IMG/VR virus record: IMGVR_UViG_3300037602_000018
Location: 39,050-103,049 of that record
Length of the DNA: 64,000 bases
Direction: 5' to 3' (one strand)
DNA from: a virus
Taxonomy: Duplodnaviria; Caudoviricetes
Positions within the stretch are counted from its first letter, which is position 1, and every line of letters starts with the position of its first letter. This document shows positions 58,312-64,000 of the stretch, piece by piece. Under the pieces are notes generated by a model, which searched no databases, was not told the DNA's origin, and worked only from the letters and a program-made list of their open reading frames with translations. A program made the translations under genes and the position numbers.

Positions 58312-58419
58312 AATTAATAATGAAGGGATTAGTTAGAGTGTTTATCAACAAACCCTAATATTCACCTTATTATCAATCAATAATAAATTATCGTTAATCA
58401 ATAATTAAATAACTAAATT

Positions 58420-58746
58420 ATGAAAAGTGAAATATTTGAAGATGTTTCTGACATTAATACTTCTATTAAAATAGGAGATAAAGTTAAAGTGTACGATGGT
58501 TCATCATTATCTGCAATAGGTCATGATGAAGAAGTATATATTGTATATCCTTATCCAGCTATAACTGGAAGTAAATCTAAATTACAGGACATGATAGGAA
58601 CTGTTGTAGAAATAAACAGACCTTATTATTGTTCAGCTTGTTTTAATAATAAACTTTACAGATGTGATTTAGTAATTCAATTAGGTGAAGGTAAATTTAG
58701 AACTAATAGTACAATGGTAACAGTAGGCAGAATTGTATTTGATTAA
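58420..58746 (+). CDS. Hypothetical protein (SH3/KOW-like)
   Basis: IKIGDKVKV.DGS motif. Confidence 0.75.
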   Translation: MKSEIFEDVSDINTSIKIGDKVKVYDGSSLSAIGHDEEVYIVYPYPAITGSKSKLQDMIGTVVEINRPYYCSACFNNKLYRCDLVIQLGEGKFRTNSTMVTVGRIVFD

Positions 58747-58810
58747 TGGAAATAATTAACATTTACTAATCAAAAGTAGTTCAAAAAATTAATAACTAAA
58801 TATATAAATT

Positions 58811-58993
58811 ATGACTTTAGCAAAAGAAATGAGAATAAATTCTCTAGGAGGATGTTCTTTACCAGCAATGAAAACATCTTTAGAAGTACAAACATCAAAA
58901 TATCACATGTCACATAGTAGTTCACCACCTGTTAATGATCCAATCAACAAAGGTTTTAATTGTGGTAATGGTCATTTTGTTAAATACTTTTAA
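58811..58993 (+). CDS. Small hypothetical protein
   Basis: ORF with AT-rich leader. Confidence 0.45.
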   Translation: MTLAKEMRINSLGGCSLPAMKTSLEVQTSKYHMSHSSSPPVNDPINKGFNCGNGHFVKYF

Positions 58994-59003
58994 ATTAATT
59001 AAA

Positions 59004-59297
59004 ATGAAAAAGTTAACAATCATTTTATCAATATTAATTACATGTATTATAACATCATGTGATTCTAGTATTAAAAGAGTTGGTGTAAATACCTCAACTT
59101 CAGAATTAGTTGTTCCAGATAGTACGCATTACGTAATAGGTTATGATATTAATTCAGAAGAAGAAAAGCTTATTAATGTAGAAACTAATAAAATCGAATA
59201 CATTGTAAAAAAAGATAAAACTGGATTTGGAATATCTATTACAATATTTATTGGTTTCATAATATTTATGGTAATAGCATTAATATTCTATTATTAA
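59004..59297 (+). CDS. Lipoprotein with C-terminal TM helix
   Basis: Start revised to MKKLTIILSILITCIITS-C; C-terminal hydrophobic helix. Confidence 0.7.
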   Translation: MKKLTIILSILITCIITSCDSSIKRVGVNTSTSELVVPDSTHYVIGYDINSEEEKLINVETNKIEYIVKKDKTGFGISITIFIGFIIFMVIALIFYY

Positions 59298-59300
59298 AAT

Positions 59301-59537
59301 AAAACTCTTTGTTTGAAGGTAAACAGTACATATATTTAGAGATGGGTTTGACCAGAAACTAAAGAAGTAGAAATAGTACAAACAACTGTATTAGTTATCA
59401 GTTGTAGTTTATTGGATAATTGTGTATTAGTGAAGATTATAAAGTTTATCAGGTTACTTAGAGTATGAGTCTTTATAATATCAGGAAACTAATTAATCAT
59501 CCCATAACTAAACCAGTAATGGTGGGCAAAGAGTTTT
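59301..59537 (+). ncRNA. Putative structured ncRNA (about 237 nt)
   Basis: Closing stem AAAACTCTTTG/CAAAGAGTTTT; inner ATGGG/CCCAT, ACAACTG/CAGTTGT, ATTATAAAG/CTTTATAAT and ACCA-GTAA-TGGT. Confidence 0.55.
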
Positions 59538-59539
59538 TT

Positions 59540-59630
59540 TAATACCATAGTCCAAATTGATGAAATATATAACTAATTATTTAATTAATAATATAGAATA
59601 TAAAGTAAGATAAAGTAGATTATGGTATTA
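59540..59630 (+). ncRNA. Putative stem-closed RNA element (about 90 nt)
   Basis: TAATACCATAGTC/GATTATGGTATTA, 13 bp with one G-U. Confidence 0.45.
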
Positions 59631-59639
59631 TTTAACTAA

Positions 59640-60387
59640 TTAAGCTAGTTATAAAACAGCCACACAATAGGAAAACTTTAAGTTATTAAGTATAATTATA
59701 TTTAATAATGTATAGATTAATACAAGTGTAAAAAGGTGAGATGCCTTATTTAAATACTGTTGCAATATGTAGTTAATTCTACTTTTGTATAAATAATGTC
59801 TTAGTTGTACAGTCAATAATGGCAGATAGAGGTATGGATATTAGTCCTCTGAATTAAGGTAAAAAACATCCCTTATTTTTATTAACAACTGGTAATATGA
59901 TTAAAAGAGTGTGTCAGTTCACTCGTACAAACAAAGAAAATAGGTTAAACCTTGAAACCTTGTGATTATCTAGAAGGATATACGAGATACTGTCTATGCA
60001 AGTTAGACATAATCACTAAAAAAAGATAGAATATAAATTGTAATAATATTTTGATTTATAAAAAATAGTTTGTTATTAGATAAATCTATGATACTTTCTA
60101 TAATCATATAAATATTTAATTACATATTAAATCTATCCAAAGTACCAACTGTATTGTGATATGTTGGATAAAGTAATAATTGCACATTAAATCCCTATTG
60201 AAGTCTTGTGTGCTATGGGTTAAAATAAAAATAGACAACCCTGTGGAGGGTTCTTTAGTAAATTATCTGAACAACAGACTTACCTAAAGGAAACCAATTA
60301 CTTAATACTTTGAGGAGTTTACAGCAAGAGATAATTCATACTACGGAAGAAATAAAGTTGTATAAAGAACTTTATAGGATAGCTTAA
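59640..60387 (+). ncRNA. Putative large structured ncRNA (about 750 nt)
   Basis: Closing TTAAGCTA/TAGCTTAA plus TATAAA/TTTATA; many inner hairpins; no ORF of 60 aa or more. Confidence 0.5.
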
Positions 60388-60415
60388 ATTCGCGCAATCT
60401 TCTAATTATCTCGCG

Positions 60416-60480
60416 ACCATTTATAATAGTCCAGTGATGCTAAGTGTGACCACAAGAGTTGTACAGCTATTATAGATGGT
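60416..60480 (+). ncRNA. Putative stem-closed RNA element (65 nt)
   Basis: ACCATTTATAATAGT/GCTATTATAGATGGT, 15 bp with two G-U. Confidence 0.45.
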
Positions 60481-60512
60481 GCTAATAAATTATTAATCTT
60501 AAAGTTAAACAA

Positions 60513-61190
60513 ATGGAAACGAATAAGAAAGTACAAGTAATAATGTTACCAGCAAGTAAAAGTCATTTATGGAATAATATTTCTTATAATAATGGTAAAA
60601 TAATTGACCAGAGTTTATTTTATAACTCTAATGAAATTAAAGAAATAATTAATTATAAAGGTTTACAAATTAAACCTCAACATCTTTACATTTTATCAAA
60701 TGATGAGATTAAAGAAGGTGATTGGTGTGTTAAGATGTCTACTAATAGTGTATTGTTTGTAGATTGTGAGGATAATGAAAAATTAGCTAATGAGTTAAGT
60801 TTTAATTATAAAAAAATCATAGCTACTACAGATAATTTTTTAGGTTATGTTCATCAAGGCGCTATGAGTCAAAGATTTTTTACTCTACCTCAACCATCTC
60901 AAGGATTTATTGAAAAGTATGTAAAAATGTATACTCAGGGTAATCCTATTACTGAAGTGTTGGTTGAGTATCAAAATAGATATGAAGGAGAAACTGGCCC
61001 TACTAGGTTCCTAGGTTGTTTTCCTAGAATAAATCCTAAAGACAATACTATCACAATTCATCCTGTAAAGGATAGTTGGAGTAGAGAGGAAGTTATTGAA
61101 TTATTAAGAGAAGTCCATTATTTAGAAAAAGGGTTTAGTAAAAGTCAAACTAAAGCTATATTAGATAAATGGATTAAAGAAAATCTTTAA
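60513..61190 (+). CDS. Hypothetical protein (QHLYI.S..EIKEGDW...KKIIATTD family)
   Basis: ORF; motif recurrent in Bacteroidota phages. Confidence 0.8.
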   Translation: METNKKVQVIMLPASKSHLWNNISYNNGKIIDQSLFYNSNEIKEIINYKGLQIKPQHLYILSNDEIKEGDWCVKMSTNSVLFVDCEDNEKLANELSFNYKKIIATTDNFLGYVHQGAMSQRFFTLPQPSQGFIEKYVKMYTQGNPITEVLVEYQNRYEGETGPTRFLGCFPRINPKDNTITIHPVKDSWSREEVIELLREVHYLEKGFSKSQTKAILDKWIKENL

Positions 61191-61216
61191 ATTTAAGTAA
61201 ATATTAAAATTAAAAT

Positions 61217-61354
61217 ATGGAAATTGTAATAATAATATTAATAATTATTAGTACGTTATATCTTGGTCGTAATCAAAAAATTATAACTGAAAATCAACAA
61301 TTGTTAGAAAATAAGTTGACTAAAATATTAAGAAATGAAACTAAAATACCTTAA
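61217..61354 (+). CDS. Small membrane protein (45 aa)
   Basis: Hand-translated MEIVIIILIIISTLYLG... Confidence 0.5.
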   Translation: MEIVIIILIIISTLYLGRNQKIITENQQLLENKLTKILRNETKIP

Positions 61355-61958
61355 TATAAACGGACACGGAGTACTTGTAGATGAAAGTGTTAAGATTAAA
61401 GAAGGTGATACTGTTTTTGACAACTATGCAGGAATACATAATATTCAAAAGGTTAGAACTTGTGACTTAGATTCAATGCATTATAAAAATGGTAATTGGA
61501 ATAAAATCATTTTCGCAGAAAAAGAACTTAATCTTAATGTACCTATATTACCTAATTGGAGAGAATGGGAGGTTGAGCAAGAAGCAAAGCAATACAGTAT
61601 AAAAAGACATAAAGTCTTAAATTATGAATTAGAGTTTGCATTTTTAGCAGGTTACAACCACAATAAAGCTAAGTACACTGAAGAAGATTTAAGGAAAGCT
61701 ATTGAGATAGCTAAAAATTCTATGGGAGTAGATAATTGTGGAGAAGTATGTTATTCTAATAAATCAACAGATAGTATCATCCAATCACTTCAAAAAGTAC
61801 CTAAGTATATTGTGATGGAAAGTATCTTTTGCAGTAAAGATGAAGAGATATTAAGACGTCCTCATACTAAAAATGATTTAGAAGAAAAACCAAAATTAAT
61901 CACTAATTCAGAAGGTAAACAAGAAGGAATTATTAAAGAAATTATTTATGATAATTAA
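61335..61958 (+). CDS. Hypothetical protein, distant paralogue of 60513-61190
   Basis: IKEGD, KIIFA, YTEEDLRKA. Confidence 0.8.
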   Translation: MKLKYLNINGHGVLVDESVKIKEGDTVFDNYAGIHNIQKVRTCDLDSMHYKNGNWNKIIFAEKELNLNVPILPNWREWEVEQEAKQYSIKRHKVLNYELEFAFLAGYNHNKAKYTEEDLRKAIEIAKNSMGVDNCGEVCYSNKSTDSIIQSLQKVPKYIVMESIFCSKDEEILRRPHTKNDLEEKPKLITNSEGKQEGIIKEIIYDN

Positions 61959-62091
61959 AGAAATAATAAATAATGAGTTTTATTTATACATGAATGGTAA
62001 ACTTATTTACAAAAAATGGTTAAATCAATCCAGATCTGTTGTATTTGATATAATGACTTATGATAAAAATACTTTAAAATCTATTAAATAA
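61948..62091 (+). CDS. Small hypothetical protein (47 aa)
   Basis: Hand-translated MIIKEIINNEFYLYMNGKLIYKKW. Confidence 0.55.
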   Translation: MIIKEIINNEFYLYMNGKLIYKKWLNQSRSVVFDIMTYDKNTLKSIK

Positions 62092-62093
62092 TT

Positions 62094-62216
62094 ATGAAAC
62101 TTGAAAACTACTCTACTCAACAATTGAAAGATTTATCTAGTCTTATACATGATGAAATCATTAAAAGACAAAAGAAGAAAATTAAAGAATTAAAACAACT
62201 TATTTATTATAACTAA
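62094..62216 (+). CDS. Small hypothetical protein (40 aa)
   Basis: Hand-translated MKLENYSTQQLKDL. Confidence 0.45.
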   Translation: MKLENYSTQQLKDLSSLIHDEIIKRQKKKIKELKQLIYYN

Positions 62217-62223
62217 AAATAAT

Positions 62224-62422
62224 AAAACCATCTGATTCATTACAAACAGATAATTAGTCACTCTTTTTAGAGCATATTATCAACATCATCTAAGAGGTGT
62301 TTAGGTTTGAATAAATATATTTTACAGCTTAAAAAAATTTAGAGTTAATAATAATTAGCTATTATTTGATATGGCTGTATACTCTAAAAAGTATTCCGCA
62401 ATTAGAGTGGACAGATGGTTTT
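62224..62422 (+). ncRNA. Putative structured ncRNA (about 200 nt)
   Basis: Closing AAAACCATCTG/CAGATGGTTTT; inner CAAAC/GTTTG, GATAAT/ATTATC, AACATC/GGTGTT, TACAGC/GCTGTA, TCCGC/GTGGA. Confidence 0.55.
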
Positions 62423-62431
62423 TTAAAATAT

Positions 62432-62692
62432 AAATTACCTGCTGAAGATTAACAATAAACAGTATCGAAATTAAATCCTTTGAAACAACAGGTATAGGGG
62501 CCTACGTGAGCAAGACTCCAGAGAAGTTTATAGTAAACCAAGTTACGTTGTTAATTGTAAGATATTTAATAAGAAGTTAAATCCGTGAGTAGCCTTTACA
62601 AGGAACTGGATACTAATGAGTGATTATTAGTTGCTAGAAATAGTGGTAAGACTTAAATTAATATTCACACTTGGGAATGTGACAGGTAATTT
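62432..62692 (+). ncRNA. Putative structured ncRNA (about 260 nt)
   Basis: Closing AAATTACCTG/CAGGTAATTT; inner ATTAACAAT/GTTGTTAAT, ACTAAT/ATTAGT, GCTA-GAAA-TAGT, TCACA/TGTGA. Confidence 0.55.
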
Positions 62693-62733
62693 TTTTAATT
62701 AATTAAATCTAACTAAAATTAAAATTAATAATT

Positions 62734-62889
62734 ATGAGTAATGCAAGACCACAATCTGTAAACAGACAGATTAAAAGAGGACATTTAGTACTAGCAGTAG
62801 TTGGTACAGAAACTAAATTATTACCTACAAAACAATGTTATTCAGTAATAGATAAAGAAGGTAATATTATCTGGAAAGTAAAAGTTTAG
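62734..62889 (+). CDS. Small hypothetical protein (51 aa)
   Basis: Hand-translated MSNARPQSVNRQIKRGH. Confidence 0.55.
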   Translation: MSNARPQSVNRQIKRGHLVLAVVGTETKLLPTKQCYSVIDKEGNIIWKVKV

Positions 62890-63024
62890 GTTAGATAAAA
62901 AAATACTATGCATTCTTTTATTCATGATGCGTAAAAGCTCAGTTGATAAAAACTAACAGTTTTTGTAGTATTTCTGTTAGTTTATTTAATTAGAATTAAG
63001 AATTTTTGATAAATTAATATCATT

Positions 63025-63588
63025 ATGGTAACAAATAAACAAATTAAAAAATGGAATGAAGAATTTAATTCTTTAGATGAAATGGGTAAAAGAGTTTTAA
63101 TTGCTAAAGATGTAATAAAGCAAATTAAAGCTGAAAGATATATACCAAATAGTACATATTGTTCAATAGAATGTAATGAGGACTTAATAGATGAATCATT
63201 ACAAAAACATTTACCTAATATAGAATGTAATGTATGTGCTGTAGGTTCATTATTTGTATCTCATATTAAATATAATAATAAATTTACTGTTTATCAAGCA
63301 GATGAAATAAGTACTGAAATACTTGAAGATATTTTAGAGGAGTATTTTGATATTAAGACACTAATATTAATTGAACAAGCTTTTGAAGGTTTTGGGTATT
63401 ATAACTCAAATAAAGGTTTTTGTTTTGACAATGGTTTAAAAGGGGATAAATTATTATCTAATTTTAATATTACTGTAGAAGAAGTGGATAAAGCTGTATC
63501 ATTTAATAATAATTATAAAGATAGAAATGAATGTCTTATAGCTATTATGAAAAATATTATTAAGAATAAAGGAGAATTTGTATTATGA
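63025..63588 (+). CDS. Conserved hypothetical phage protein (RV.IAKDV..Q...CNVCAVG)
   Basis: ORF track. Confidence 0.8.
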   Translation: MVTNKQIKKWNEEFNSLDEMGKRVLIAKDVIKQIKAERYIPNSTYCSIECNEDLIDESLQKHLPNIECNVCAVGSLFVSHIKYNNKFTVYQADEISTEILEDILEEYFDIKTLILIEQAFEGFGYYNSNKGFCFDNGLKGDKLLSNFNITVEEVDKAVSFNNNYKDRNECLIAIMKNIIKNKGEFVL

Positions 63589-63695
63589 AATACTTTAAGT
63601 ATTATTTAATTATTATAGTTTGTACATTATTATTAGGAAGTTGTTCTTCAACTTATAAAAATGGTGTGTTATATAAAAAAGAATGTAAAAACTAG
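63585..63695 (+). CDS. Small lipoprotein (36 aa)
   Basis: Hand-translated MKYFKYYLIIIVCTLLLGS-CSSTYKN; ATGA-coupled. Confidence 0.55.
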   Translation: MKYFKYYLIIIVCTLLLGSCSSTYKNGVLYKKECKN

Positions 63696-63764
63696 TGAAA
63701 CAGAAGGATTGTAGATGGAGATATGTTGAATGAAAACTCTTGAAAAACAGCTAGTTTTAAATTT

Positions 63765-63799
63765 AGATTAGTAGTGAAATTAGTAGCTACTAATCTTTT
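63765..63799 (+). terminator. Intrinsic terminator
   Basis: AGATTAGTAGT/GCTACTAATCT stem followed by TTT. Confidence 0.65.
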
Positions 63800-63828
63800 A
63801 AATAGTTAAAAAATAAATTATTAAAAAA

Positions 63829-64000
63829 ATGAAATATAAAATTAAACCAGAATATTCACAAGCATATAGAGATATATGTGAATTAGGTGATGTAGCAGAT
63901 GGAACATTTCTTAAAAATTCTTATGTTTATAATAAGCTTCAAGAATTAAATATTCTTGATAAATGGTGTGATATTGTAAAAGAATATGAAATAGGTGATT
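63829..64000 (+). CDS. Hypothetical protein, 3'-truncated
   Basis: MKYKIKPEYSQA... open to the window end. Confidence 0.6.
   Translation, partial: MKYKIKPEYSQAYRDICELGDVADGTFLKNSYVYNKLQELNILDKWCDIVKEYEIGD

Noticed and set aside
59540-60440. Group I intron-like ATAGTCC/AGACT words
   Set aside because: No interrupted host gene and no complete P3/P7 core found by eye; needs cmsearch to exclude fully
62436-62495. Hammerhead-like CTGAAGA...GAAA
   Set aside because: No convincing stem II, and stem III lacks the NUH cleavage triplet
59298-62700. CRISPR or mini-array
   Set aside because: No regularly spaced direct repeats; the structure comes from inverted repeats

Overview
This is about 64 kb of an AT-rich crAss-like phage genome (order Crassvirales; organisation resembles Cellulophaga phi14:2-type phages, by inference). 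The host is probably a Bacteroidota species: TAnnTTTG -7 promoters, AT-rich leaders without Shine-Dalgarno, and Q-rule signal peptides. The minus strand (2886-57506) carries the late module: RepL-like HTH, PhoH, RusA-like, HU-like, GroES-like, tRNA-Asn, TerL, portal, scaffold, major and auxiliary capsid, ring/hub proteins, a fibre-locus cassette, lysis genes (GH108 endolysin, holins, u-spanin), a DnaQ-like exonuclease, the muzzle protein, and five cargo proteins including a 2090-aa single-chain virion RNA polymerase (DFDID). The plus strand carries small early/middle genes at both ends. Standard code 11 fits throughout. Four things stand out. (1) Five consecutive fibre-locus genes encode Sec or lipoprotein signal peptides, and two are densely packed with Bacteroidota O-glycosylation sequons. 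(2) About 6,000 aa of cargo protein contain only four Cys, all at adjoining termini, suggesting a head-to-tail disulfide chain. (3) The early region holds an array of stem-closed structured non-coding elements. (4) Twin palindromes sit beside the repL-like gene. All calls come from visual motif recognition; no searches were run and counts are by hand.
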